Assembly: GCA_026026165.1 (NCBI GenBank)
Contig: JAPEUD010000023.1
Coordinates: 186,001-250,000, forward strand
Origin: Sarea resinae
Taxonomy: Eukaryota
Direction of reading: 5' to 3'
DNA: 64,000 nt
Of the stretch, positions 28,081-40,259 are shown in pieces; the stretch's first letter is position 1; each line of letters begins with the position of its first letter. The notes beneath the pieces were generated by a model. That model ran no database searches. It worked only from the letters and a program-made list of their open reading frames with translations, and was not told where the DNA came from. The position numbers were made by a program, and so were the translations under genes.

Positions 28081-31000
28081 TTAACTTTCACTACTATTGT
28101 TATTGTCTTTGTTAGAGTGTGCAGCTCTTATTCTAGAGGATTGTCTAACACGCTTTAGATTAGGTGAGTCGCCTAAGTCTGACCTAGCTTGTTTATTTCT
28201 GTTTTTGCCTAGTTCTTCTTCTGATTCTTTATCTGATTCCTTTTCTAATAGCGTAGCTACAGCAGACTGTTAGAGAGCAACGTCTAGTTCTATTTCCTTA
28301 GCGCCTCTTGTTATCTGTTAAATAGTCTTGTTATAGACATCTTTTTCTGCAAGAGGTAGTGCAGAGGAAGTTTTAGAGATTTCTACTAGTTGTAGTGTGA
28401 TGCGACGCAGAACTAAACTACTAAACTAAGGAGGACTAGTTATTATAGCGAACAAAGCAGGATAAACAGTTAGTGATGTAATCTTAGTTAGAGAGAGAGC
28501 TGTAGTTAGTTCTGCTAATTGCTGCTAAGCATTCCTAGCTTTGCAAATAGCTTGCGCAACTGTCTTAAACAGGGTCTGCTTTGTTGACAGAGATTTAGAG
28601 AGTAGGCAGAATAGCGATTTCATGACTAGAGTAGTAGGGAAACTCCTAGACAGTCTAGCTGTTTCTTTAGCAGGTTTATCGCTGTTGTACTTAAAGTCAG
28701 ATAGCTTAGGGTCCTTATTATTGCTAATAACAATCACGTTATAGTCCTAGGCCTAAAAGAACGATTTCTGACTGTAGATGCATCGCTTCTCTTTCTTAAC
28801 TAAGGCCTAGTTCTTCTTAATTATCTTTATAGCCGTTTCGCGCTAGTCTTTAACAAACTCTCTTAGCTTTTACACCTTGCTCTTTAAGACAATATCTTGC
28901 TCTTTAACAACTGCTAGGTTATCCTATTAGCGTCGTCCTACTAGTGCGTCTAATAAGGCGCTAAGTCCTATTATTGCTACACTAGCTAGGAACTTATACA
29001 GAATTAACCTATAAGTGTTTAGATTTCTTAATAGTGAACTAGGCCCTAGTACTATATCTCTGTGTGCAATTACTAGATTATTCTAGCTGCCTGATTCTAG
29101 TATCTCTAGTGTATTATAATCTTGTTTAACTTTAACAAGCTAAGAGAAGATTACTCGCCAAACTTTTGTCGGATTTAGGGCTAGCCTATAAGGAATTGTA
29201 GGCATAGTGATCCTAACTCTATATTTCAAACAAGGCTGTCTTTGCACCTTTAGTCCTAGTTTAATCTTGTCAGCCTTTGTCTATAGTTTTATGTCTATGT
29301 CTTAGATTTTTCTAGCTTGCTAGTATCGCTTTAGCTCTTAGACAGCAATCTCTTTTACCTAATCTCTAATTTTAGCATGCATACCTAATAGAAGTCGCAC
29401 GCAATTGTTATTATCTTCTTTATCTATAGAGACAGCTACTTGCACTATGTTAGCACTGTAGTTTTCCTTAACAATCTGTCTAATGTTCTAATCTAAGTGG
29501 AAAAACATAATCTAGTTGTTTAGGTAGGCGTGACAAGCGTAATACAGGTAGGAGACAAGGCTTATAGTATAATCAGGCCTGTGCAATACTGTGATTGTGT
29601 AAACTATAGGATCCTGCCTAATAACTTGTTGTACAATCGAATGCATTATAGCTTAGTTCTAACCTATATCGCTAGCCCTGTTCACAGATCGCTAATAATG
29701 CTAATAGAGGTCGAATTTGTCGTCTACTATATGCCCTATTCTAGCCTTCTTAAACTAGGCTATGACATTAGGAATTATCACTAAACTATCCTTATTCTAC
29801 TTAGAGTGCATGTTAGCTATAAGTTGGCTCTAAATTCCTTGCAGACTAGAGACGTAATTCTAGCTCTCTTGTTCTAGTTTTAGATAATAAAGGCCTCTCG
29901 CGTCGCTTTCTTATTTTAGTTAGTGATCCTTTAGAAACTAGTAGTAAGTTTCTCGCTAAACTTTTAGCCTAATTAGGTCTCTAGTTGTCTAGATAGTCAA
30001 CAATCTCTCTATTAGCTCTTTGTCTTATCTTAACGTCTGTAGACTAAACTTTCTAGCTAGTGCATGTAGATAGTTCTAGCACAGTGTTGCATTCTTTTCT
30101 TTTATCTATATAGCCTATTAATCGACATATCCTATTGCTGTAGTTGTAGACACCTCTTTTTTGCTAGTTATGTTAGTCTTAAACTCAGTGGTTATAATCT
30201 TTAAGCATTAACAATCTTTTAGAACTTCTTATTTCTTATCTAGTGTTTCTATGTCCTTAGACTTCTAGACTGTCCTAGTGTTTAGCGTGTCTTTTTCTAG
30301 CAGATCTGCTTTATAATTAGATTTATAGTCGTCTGCAACTTCTAGACTGTCCTAATGTTCTGTAGTATCTGCTAGCTTAATTTCCTAGGTCAAAAATATT
30401 TGTCTTCTGTTATACCCTAGTTCTGCTTTTCAAAGGATGCTATAGCTGTTAATATAACTATTGAATTTAGCGAGTTCTGCGTCAGTGATGTCTATAACTG
30501 TTAGAGTCTGATTTTTAGCCTTTACAGCTGTAGCTACAGCTGTCTAGTCAGCGGATATTTGTCCTACAACTATTAGATTAGCGCTACAGCCCTTTCCCTT
30601 CTGTAGTCTTATAATAGCTGTAGAGTTTACTATCTTTATGCTTTCCTTAAAGGAATGCTTTAACGCAACAGCTTTTATAGCGTCTAGAACGTTCTAGGCT
30701 ATTTTGTCTAGGGGTAGTAGCTTTGCTAAATCTTTAAGTCCCTATTCCTTTTGTATAACTACTCTAGCCTTAGCTATTCTCTTGTGTGCAGTCCTGCCTG
30801 TGGCTGCCACACATTAAAACTCTTGTATAGAAGCGTCTTTGCTATTTAGTAGCGTAATAAGAGCTAGGTACTGCTGAATTCTATCCTCTGCTAGTGTAAA
30901 CAGGTAGGCAAACTCTATAATCTTGCTGCTTATTTCCTCGACAAATCTTAAGAACCACTCCTTTTGCAGTTCTATATCTAGGGTCCTAATGTATAATAAA

Positions 31001-31374
31001 AAATGTTCTACATTTTAGAAATTTACCCTATGAATTGTAAGCATCGACTGTGCAGTAGGTAGGAGAGGCTGCGCAACATTAGTAGGAGCAAGGGCAAGCT
31101 CTGCAGCTAGATTATTAGTTAGTTCTTCTTAGCCTTAGCTTTCTAAAGTCCTAGACTGTCCTAATGTTTCTAGAATAGACTCCTAGGTTTAAGAGGGCTC
31201 TTTAGGCTAAGCTTCTGCTACATTTGCTAGATCTTTAGCTATGTTAACATTATTATTGTTGTTTTGCAGTAAGAGAAGGTTAGGCGTAAGGAAAAGGCCT
31301 TAGCTGTCTAAATAAGAAGATATAGATTGCAGCGCAGGAGTAGATAGGATAATTGTGTCCTAGCTGTTAGACAT
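28081..31374 (-). pseudogene. Extra ORF of the Gypsy (about 1,097 codons) with a PhyH-like 2OG-Fe(II) dioxygenase domain
   Basis: The ATG (31374), HLD (29491-29499), P(H)(G) (29185-29193) and TAA (28081) are all in one frame; context FFHLD(W)N...NIVQVAVSID.ED.NNC...GMH and RITMPTIP(HG). Confidence 0.7.
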
Positions 31375-32649
31375 TTCTTAATTAGTAACTATTAGACTGT
31401 CTAGAAGTTGCTGAATGTGATTTTAACAGCAGTTAGAGAAGGTGCTTGCAACTAGATTGTATAAGTAGCTGTAATGCTTTAGAGGATATTTCTAGAAGAT
31501 GCTAGATTAAGCGAACCAATTAGGGTGAAGTAATTAACTAAGCTAATAAGGATAGTGGCTAAGCGAACAAATTAGGAGACAGCGTAGTAAGCAGGCTAAT
31601 TAGAGAGAAGCTATAAGCAAGCTAATAAGAATCAAGTATAAAGAATCAGTAAAAAAAAAAGAGAGAATAGAGCAGCGGCAGGCAGTTATTAAGAAGAAGA
31701 TGTAGGAAGTATGTAGGAAGGATAGAGGCAGGTAAGGTCGGCCTAATATTTATACTCCTTGCTTAGCTAGCTTGATCTAGATATCTAGACAATTATTGTC
31801 AAACATTAGTAGTAAGAAACTCTTTTTCTTTGTCTTTTGTTGATTGCTATAGCGGTTGCTAGCGTGCTATAGCTGATTCTAGGTGTGTAGTAGTTGCTTT
31901 GTTGTTGTTTGTTTATCGCTTAGCCTTACCTTACTTTTTAGTGAGGAACGCTGCAAAAGGTAAGGTAAGGTTAAGCCACATATTAATCGCGTGTAATCTG
32001 TGTGTAAATCGCGTGCAATTTGCTGTTGCTGCTTAAGCTGCTTAAGTAGGACTATTGCTAGCTTATATCCTATTACTTAGTTATGCTACGAGTTAGTTAT
32101 GCTATGTAGTCTCCTATATACTAAGTTATAAGTGCTGGCTTAATAAGCAGTCGTTTGCGCCTTTAATTGCCTTATGCTACTATACTAGTAGGTTGATGCT
32201 AGTAGTAACCTTATGTTGCACTGATTGCCTAAGCTTGTAATACTGTAAATAGGTTTCTATTAGTAGTTTTAATCAGGTATAAGTAGTTGTATTATAAGGT
32301 GTTATATATAGCGTTTGTAGGTGGTTTTAATTGAGTTTCCTTGCATTAGTAGTGCATATACATGCACCTCTACCCCCCCCTTTTTCTTAGAAACTGCTAG
32401 GCAGTCTAGTAGTTTCTAATAACCTAGCTTATTATAGCTAGCAGTGAATAACTACTTCTGTAGCAAAGCGACAGCGTTGTAGCAGCATATATACTTAAAG
32501 GGCTTCTGCATCCTTAGCAGTGATTTTATTGTTGTTATCTCTTACATCACTATTAATTAGTGTTTCTTACAAAGCTAGCGTGTTAGGATTCTGCAAGGTG
32601 CATAGTGACTAAGAGGTTTGTAGACTGCAAGGAATAGTCAGACGTTAAT

Positions 32650-35600
32650 CTCAATTAGGACTGCTAGGCGGCAGCAAAGAGGCTCTAGAGTCTGTCTTAG
32701 GCTGAATTCGTTGAACAAATAGCTTTAACCTGTTGCTATAAACTGTGCTAGCTAGAGAGCTGCTATCTAGCTCTTCTAATTTGTGCGTTCCTCTGTCTAG
32801 GTCTACCTACATGACCTAATAGAGTCCTATCTAATAAAAGGCAAGCTTTGACATGTAATTGTTGTCTAGCTTAGTATCGTGTAACAATACTATATTCCTA
32901 ACTATAAAGGGTGTTTGACAGAGCTAATAAGAGTCGTCAAATAACTCCTTATTTTCTTCTTAGATTCTTTGTAGGTAGAGCTATATGTTCTTAAGGTCCT
33001 TAGTATAGCGTTCTAGTTGATAAGCTTAAAGAGCTAAGAGGTTAGCAGTGCTACACACTAAACCCTAATCTAGTATATGCTATATAGGAAGTCTAAGTTC
33101 AACAAGAAGGACAGTATTATAGCTATATAAAACTTTGTACAGTGTTTTGCTAGTGCTAGTATAAACAGTGGTTCGATCTGCCTATAAGACTGTAGGAAGG
33201 TGTTCGACCTAATTATTTCTGCTGCCTTCTGTCAATTTAGATAAAGCATTAACAATAGAGGTATAGCCTCTTTCTACAAGTCTATTTGCCTAAGGGTAAT
33301 AAGTAGAGACAACTACATAATTAATCTTATACTTTTTAGCGAGAATTTCTACAGCGCGTTTATTCTCTAGTCCTTTGTCTGTTACAAGTTTCTAGAAACA
33401 TCTGTGTTAACAGATAATATCCTCCTAGAGGAACTTTGCAACTAATTCTAAGGTTGTATTAGTTAGCGCCCTTGCTTTAACCTATCTAGAGAAATCATCG
33501 CGAGCTACTATAATATTTTTCTTCTGATTGCACTGCGGCATGTGAATTATGTCTAGTCTGATTTTCTTAAAGCATGCAAAGGACTATATAGGGTGTAAAG
33601 CTTCTTCCTAACAGTTTAGTTTCTGCTGTTAACATTCTACGCAGCTGCAAACATACTGTGCAACCTTAGAGAACAGTTTTAGCCACTAGTATTTATCTGC
33701 AATCCTTTAGTAGGTTCCTTCCTAGCCTCTATATCTACTATTATTATGCGCTTCTTTAAGGACTTAATAGCGATCTTGTTCTTTATCTACAACTCTTTAG
33801 AGAGGCATGTTCTTTAAGGCTCTCTTAAACAGATAGCAGTCGCGTACAAGGAATTTAACTGCATAGTTTTTAAAGTGTCGAAATTCCTTGCTATCTATAT
33901 CTTCTAGACAGTCTAGATATATAAGCTAGCGCGCGATCTGTTCTGATTCTTTAGAGTAGAGTCCTTCTTTAAAGACAGGTCCTGCATCTCCTTCTACTAA
34001 TATAGGAAAAACTCTTATAGGATATAGCTCGGCATTAATAACATCGTTAATATTAGGCTTGTTCTTTATTTCTACAAGGTCCTCTGCTGTTGCAGGTTGT
34101 TGTGACAAGCTATCCGCGGCTCTATACTTCTGTCTAGGAATATAGCAGACTATAAAGTCAAATAGCTGTATCTAGGCTAGCTAGCGCGTAACTAGTGCTC
34201 TAGAGAGGTCTGATACTAGTATGTTTAGTTAAGCTACAAGCGTATTAGCATCTGATTCCACTGTAAATTCCTAGCTGTACAAATAGACTTGTACTTTCTT
34301 TAACGCTTTAAGTAGTCCTTAGCATTCTTACTTCCTAGCATTATACTTTGTTTCAGCATCATTCTACAGACCACTTTCAAACTAGATAGGGTGTTGCTTT
34401 CTAGTATATAGGTTGATCTGTATTAGCACTGCTCTCTAACCTAACAAGCTTATGTTAACAGCTAGGATTATCTCTTCTCTTTCTAGTCTATAGACTATTG
34501 TAACAAGCGCAGGTGCAGAAGTTAGAGCGTACTTTAGTTAGTCTATAGCGAAAATCTAGTCTTATCTCTAGGTAAAATCGATATCCTTCTTAAATAGGAT
34601 AAATATTAGTCTAGCTATAATCGCGAAGTCCTTAATAAAGATCCTATAGTAGACGCAAATTCTAATAAAGGCCTAGGCTTCTGTGACGTTCTTACATTCT
34701 AGCTATTCAACAATTTTTAAGACCTTAGTGCTGTTAGGATACCTGCTGTCTAAGTCGCATACATATCTAACTATTTTTATGCCACCTATGCTGAACTATG
34801 ACTTTTCTCTAGAAACTGTGCATCTTAACCGCTTGATATTAACAAGGACCTTATCTAGTGCCTGAATATGTTCTGCTATAAAGCGCCTTATGCTAGGTAG
34901 GATCTCCTTATTGTTGTAATTTGTCTTTAGCCCTTTTACACTGATATTGTTAAGGAACAGCCTAGCTAGTCTTAGTATATAGTCGGCTAAGATTTTAGTA
35001 ACAATCCTTACAAACTGTGCTACTAAGTTAGTTGCCCCTTATAGTAAGGTAGTCTGACATAGCAGGCTAAGTAGTGTTATAAACGCGGTTAAATCTTAGC
35101 AATGCTTTGCTAACTTGATTTAGTTGTATCTAGAGAAGAAATCAATTAAAGAGGCTACCTGTATTCCTACAAATTCCTCTAAAAACTCCTCTACTAATAG
35201 TAGGAGGTTTGCATCTTGTATTGTAACCTTGTTGATTGCTATTGCTGCATTTACTATGCGATATTTCTTGGATTTCTTCTTCACTAGGAACTAGGGGTTT
35301 TAGTAAGGCCTATAGCAGGGTTTAAAGAGACTATTCTTAAGCCTTTCTTAAAGCATCTTAATAATCGTTTTAGTTAGTGCCTGCAGAACTAAGAAGCTGC
35401 TCGCCTGCTATGCCTTATGTAGAATAGTTTAGATCTCTTATAGAGGTGTAACCTTAGGACAAACCCTTCTAATTTCTAAGAACTCCTATGCTAGTGCCTT
35501 TTCGCGGTTATAAAGCATAGCAGTTAGCATCTCCTTTTCTTAGTCAGTTATATTATCGCTAACAATTATCTTTCCTAGTCGCTCTAAGGTGAGTCTTATT

Positions 35601-38600
35601 CTTTGTAGAAGGTCTAAAAACTTCTCGATTAATAGGGCGTCGAAATCCTAAGCTTCCTAGCCTAACTCGTCTCCTCTAGGCTTCTTTAGCTCGTCCTAAT
35701 CAGCTTCTTCTATAGCCTTTTTCTAATCCCTTGCTCCTCCTAGCGTGCTCCTGTCTGAGGTTAACTAATTGACTAGTTTCACCTTCACCTCTTTCTTCTT
35801 ATATAGCGTTTCTACACGAACAGAGTCTTTTCTAGGTCCTAGATTAAACTTAGAATCTAGCATTCTTTTTAACATCTAAAATGTCTCCTCTTCTTCTACC
35901 TTCAGCGCCTAGAATTGTCTGATTAGGCTCTCTAACTTCTAGTTAGTCTAGGAGTTTATGTCTAAACTTTATAACATCTGCGCTGCCTTATCTATTCGCG
36001 ATACACTTTCTATTAAGTCTTCTTCTATGTTTTTCCTAACTAGTCTTATAGGCGCTACAGACACCTGCTTAAGGTGATGCCTGCCACCTAGTTTTTTAAA
36101 TAGTTAGGAAACACATTGTTATACGTATAGTCTAAAGTGCTCTCTATCTAAGCAGCGCTAAACATCCTTAACCTCTTCTAGTCTTTAGAGAAGACAGTAC
36201 ATATAGTTGTCCTATCTTCTCTAACCTCTGTTCTTATCTAGGATGCTATCTAGTACAGCTGTCTAAGAACAAGCAGTCGATTAGAATAGTCTGCTATAAA
36301 AATCAGCACTCGTGTAATAACCCCTCTAACTTTAACTTTAACTGCTTCTATATATCTAACAAATGCTGTAGGTTTTCTGTTGATGCTAACTATAGTGGTA
36401 GCTAGATTCAGAGTCTAGCTAATACTAATGTTCTATACTATCTTAAGACTTATTAGACAGATCTTAGCTCTACTATCTAGGAGGGCCCTAGTCTATAGGC
36501 TTCCTTCTATGCTTATATCTGCTATTATACACCTAGCTGCATACAGCACATCCTTTATCAGTTCCTAATCCTAATAATTTGAGCTAGACACCTTTCTAAC
36601 TATTACTAGTCTTTAAGAGGCATTCCTTTTTAGGTCCTATAACCTGTTTTCCTCACTTCTAGACAGCGATTAATATGTTGCTTTAATCTAGTCTTCTGCT
36701 AGCTGTTTAAAGAAAATCTTTTAGACGTCTAGAGAACATCCTAAGAGCTCTTAAACAGTTACATATGCTAGCAGTTGATTAAGGATCCTTCTAACTAGTC
36801 CTATAGGATTTGATTCTTCTTTTAGCATGTCTAATAGTTGCCTTTGCCTTTGCTTCTTATTTAATACTTAATCTATTTCTATCTCCTCTAGGACTTTAAA
36901 CTTTACCTCTTTTAAAGTCCTAGATAGTCTAGATGTTTGTCGATCTTTGTCTGTCCTTATGTATACAATATCTCTCTCCTCTGTATACTAGTTTCTCTAA
37001 TAGGTTCCTAGGCAGATGTTCTTTACAGCTAGGAGTTTGTCTTCTTTCTTAATCCTTTGTTTCTGTACTCTACTCTAAGGGTTAAGAACCTTCCTACTTT
37101 AAGTAGAGTCTGATCTGCGTCTTAAAATCTTCTCTAGTTAATGTGCTGCCTAAACTAAGGCAGATTTTTCACTGTCTTCTACCTCCTTATTAGTATTATT
37201 AGCTTGCAGGTCCTTTGCACTAATAGAGGCGATGCGAATAGAGTTGACTCTGATTTCTTGTTTGCGCTAATTGTACTACTTCTTATATTCTTGCTTAGCA
37301 AACACAGCGCGATATTCTCCTCTAGGAATCCTTAATTCAGGTCTGCCGCTTTCTTTAGGTCCTAGGCACATTCTGTTTCGCTTGTTAAAGTGGATTTTAG
37401 AATAGGCAAGTAACTGTCTAATTATAGGGCAATTAGCAACGCTATAGTCAGTTCTTCTACACCCCTAACATCCTAGCATAGGCAATTCGCTATCGTTCCT
37501 AGCTGAGGCTACTGCAGCACTAGGTGCTAGTTAAGCATTTGCTGATCTATTCTGTGCTGCGCTTTAGTTCTACAATATAGGTAGAGAGGCAAGCAGCTTA
37601 GCTATTATCATTGCATTCTTGTTTGCTACTTTAACTAGCAGGACAAGATTTGCAAGCTAGGTAGTAATATCCTTAATAGCCTTGTTAGTCTTAGCAGTAG
37701 TTGTTGCCTGAGTTAGCTTAGAAGTTACTAGCAGCTTAAGCAGTTTAGCAGAGTTAGTCTTTAGGACTAGCTTCTAGTTCTTAATCAACAGTTGTATAGT
37801 CTTTGTCAGTTCCTTTTCATTGAGTTTTTAAAGAGCGCAGATAGATTCGCATTGTTTAATAGCTAGGTTGTATACTTTCTTAAAGTCTAGGTTAGCAATG
37901 CTGTACTTGTTAAGGTTAATGTGTCTTTAAGAAATAACTTTTACTTGTATAGTCTCTAGAAGACCTTGTAGAAACTAAAGGAGGCAAGAGTATCTATTAA
38001 GTTTATTCTTCTAGATAAGACTGTAGGAGATGCTTATGAATTAGCGGCAGTAATAGCGAATTTCCTTAGCTGTCTTCTAGGCTCTAGTTCTGTTCTTTAA
38101 TGCTTTAAGATAGGTATAGGAGTTGATCTGTTGTTCTATATCTTGATTAGCGTATTCCCTTAGCAAGGATTTCTTAAATTCTTCCTAGTCAGTTTTAAAT
38201 TCCGGTATAGTCTTAATGTTCCTAGCTACAATGCTCTTACAGTAGCGTGGCAGCCTCTTAAATGCTTCTTTAAGGCTAAGCTAGTAGTCTATACACATTC
38301 CTTTATATCGCTTAAGGAATTTAGTAGCATTAACTCTAGTGAAGTAGGGCACGCTATGACTTCTAGGAGAAGGCATAGGCTGTAAGTATCAAAGGCTAGA
38401 AGACTCTATAGTGCTTTCTCCTAGCAGAGTAGACACTGCTAGAGTTAATCCTACAACAAGACTTGCGTTTGATTTAGTAGATAAGGCAGATATAGCAGCG
38501 ATAATAGCTAGTGTAATAATTCTTATAGTTTCTTAAACGATCTAAAGGACAAGCTTTTTCAATATGCAGTGGCAACTTTTTCTTCTTATCCTCTCCTTCT

Positions 38601-38760
38601 CTTAAGAAGTCTCTCTCTCTGCACTCTGCTGTCGCTGTTTTTTTGTGTTGTTTTGTTAGGGGTACCTCTTTACCTTAGAGAGGTTCGCGTGAGAACTCTG
38701 CTTACTTGTTTGCTAATAACAGCAAAAAACTTGTCTAATCTATTAACGTTGCATTATGTC
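32650..38760 (-). pseudogene. Gypsy gag-pol relic
   Basis: gag PSP(G)SH..PYF (~38350); Zn-knuckle-like segment (~37450); protease ALLDS(G)A(E)IC (~36470); RT FL(DD)I.VKG (34946-34957); RNase H LAV(D).S..G(WG)AVL.Q (~34450); integrase HHCC (~33620-33750); no chromodomain seen. Confidence 0.9.
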
Positions 38761-39099
38761 GTTCAGCTTCTTGTTTAGTTATAGAGTTAAGTTCTACAAT
38801 AAGTCTAGGTTGTTGTGTAACTATTAGACTGTCTAGAAGTTCGCTAAGAGCGCAATCTCTAATCTAAATCTAAAGCACTCCTTCTCTAATTTACAGGGTC
38901 TCTAGCAGCCCTGTCTAAATAGCTTTAACTAATCTGATCTGTTTAGCAGTTAATAGTATTAATATCCTGTCTTCCTTACTAATATATCACTCTTTCTAAT
39001 TCAACGTGCTGTTTCAATCTATATTGTTATGCGCTTAGTAGCATTGCACTTAACTGCAAATCAAGTGGTTGCAGGTTTAAGCCCTATGTAGGTCACTAA

Positions 39100-39503
39100 T
39101 GTAGAGAGACAAAATAGACGCACTAAATCAGTGCTAAAGCAGAACACCTAGACAGTCCTAATAACTCCTTATGTAGTTGACAAGATAGCTATAACAACTA
39201 CTTAACAACCTACTACTAAGGCATAATTAGTGGAATAGTATAAAGCAAAGGGATTAGAAGGTGACTGCTCCTTTAGGAAGGAAGTAGTAGGAGAACTCTT
39301 AATTAATTGATTTAACTAAATAATAAAGAATTGCCCTGCGCTTAAAAGCTGCCTGAAAAACTAAACATAACTAAACTAACAAACTTCTCTAAATTTTGTT
39401 CCTCACTCTTTAACGTAACACTATCCTCCTTAAACCACATGCCCTAAGAACAATGCACGTGATTTGCTGACTAATCCTAACCAAACCATTCTAACCTATG
39501 ACA
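39100..39503 (-). repeat. 5' LTR
   Basis: TGTAG...TGACA ends; differences from the other LTR, where compared by eye, are C/T or G/A transitions; a PBS-like T(G>A)GTGACC lies immediately inside. Confidence 0.95.
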
Positions 39504-40259
39504 GTGTATCTAAAAGAATGTAGATCTTCTGCTTATAAAGCTGCCTTTCTAGCGTCTTATAAGAGAGATTGCTTAAGATATCTAAAATACTAATAACACT
39601 CTTTACTTCTAATCCTTTACTATTAGTGCCCTTTAAGAAGCTGCTAAAGCTTACCTTATAGGCCTTTTTAAAAGTAAGTACAGCTCTTATTATTACCTTT
39701 CTATACTAACTCTAAAAGATATTTAGTATACTGCTATCTACTATAACTAGGTTACTATTAGCAGTAAAGACATGCAATTTATTAAGTCTCTTATAAAGAG
39801 ATAGAACCTTCTTATTAGCGATAACTAGTTAATACTAGCTTCTATACTATATAGGCTTTTCCTTTTAGATTTAGGTTTAGGGTCTAGGTTTAGGCTTACT
39901 AGGCATTCTTTAAGGGGTGCACTAATTAATCTTAGCTTTTACAATAACAATAAAGCTATATATCTAATAAGTAACACCTTTTAGCACTATTTACACTGTG
40001 CTCTTAATTTAGTGCTCTTTTATAGTAACACCTTTAGGTAATATAAACCTTCTCTTTAACACTTTAGCAACTATATACTACAGCATAGAATAATTACTAT
40101 TTTAGTATCTTATAAGTTATATAGTAGGTAACCTAACCTAACCTAGGTATACCTACTAGGCAGGTTCATTAGGTTATAGGTACCTAATACCTACTAGTAG
40201 GTAGGTAGAGAGTGCTTAACCTGCCTATAACCTAGCCTAGTTAACAGCCTAAGCGTGTG

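Larger units (their letters stand above)
27646..39503 (-). mobile_element. Full-length Ty3/Gypsy LTR retrotransposon (11.9 kb, RIP-mutated)
   Basis: Two 404-bp LTRs; 4-bp TSD GCGT/GTGT; PPT next to the left LTR; gag, then PR-RT-RH-IN order. Confidence 0.95.
27250..39830 (+). pseudogene. Histone H3-like gene of hAT B, split by the Gypsy (27250-27645 plus 39508-39830)
   Basis: KTA(R)KT...(GR)KST tail; ALLEI.R | I(Q)KNVDLLL.KLPF(Q)RL.REIA(Q)D...AL(Q)EAA(E)AYL.GLF(E)...VTISSKDMQ. Confidence 0.85.
20807..40251 (-). mobile_element. hAT DNA transposon B (about 7.6 kb without the nested Gypsy)
   Basis: Perfect 8-bp TSD AGCGTGTG at 20799-20806 and 40252-40259; ends TAGAGTGTT...AACAGCCTA. Confidence 0.88.
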
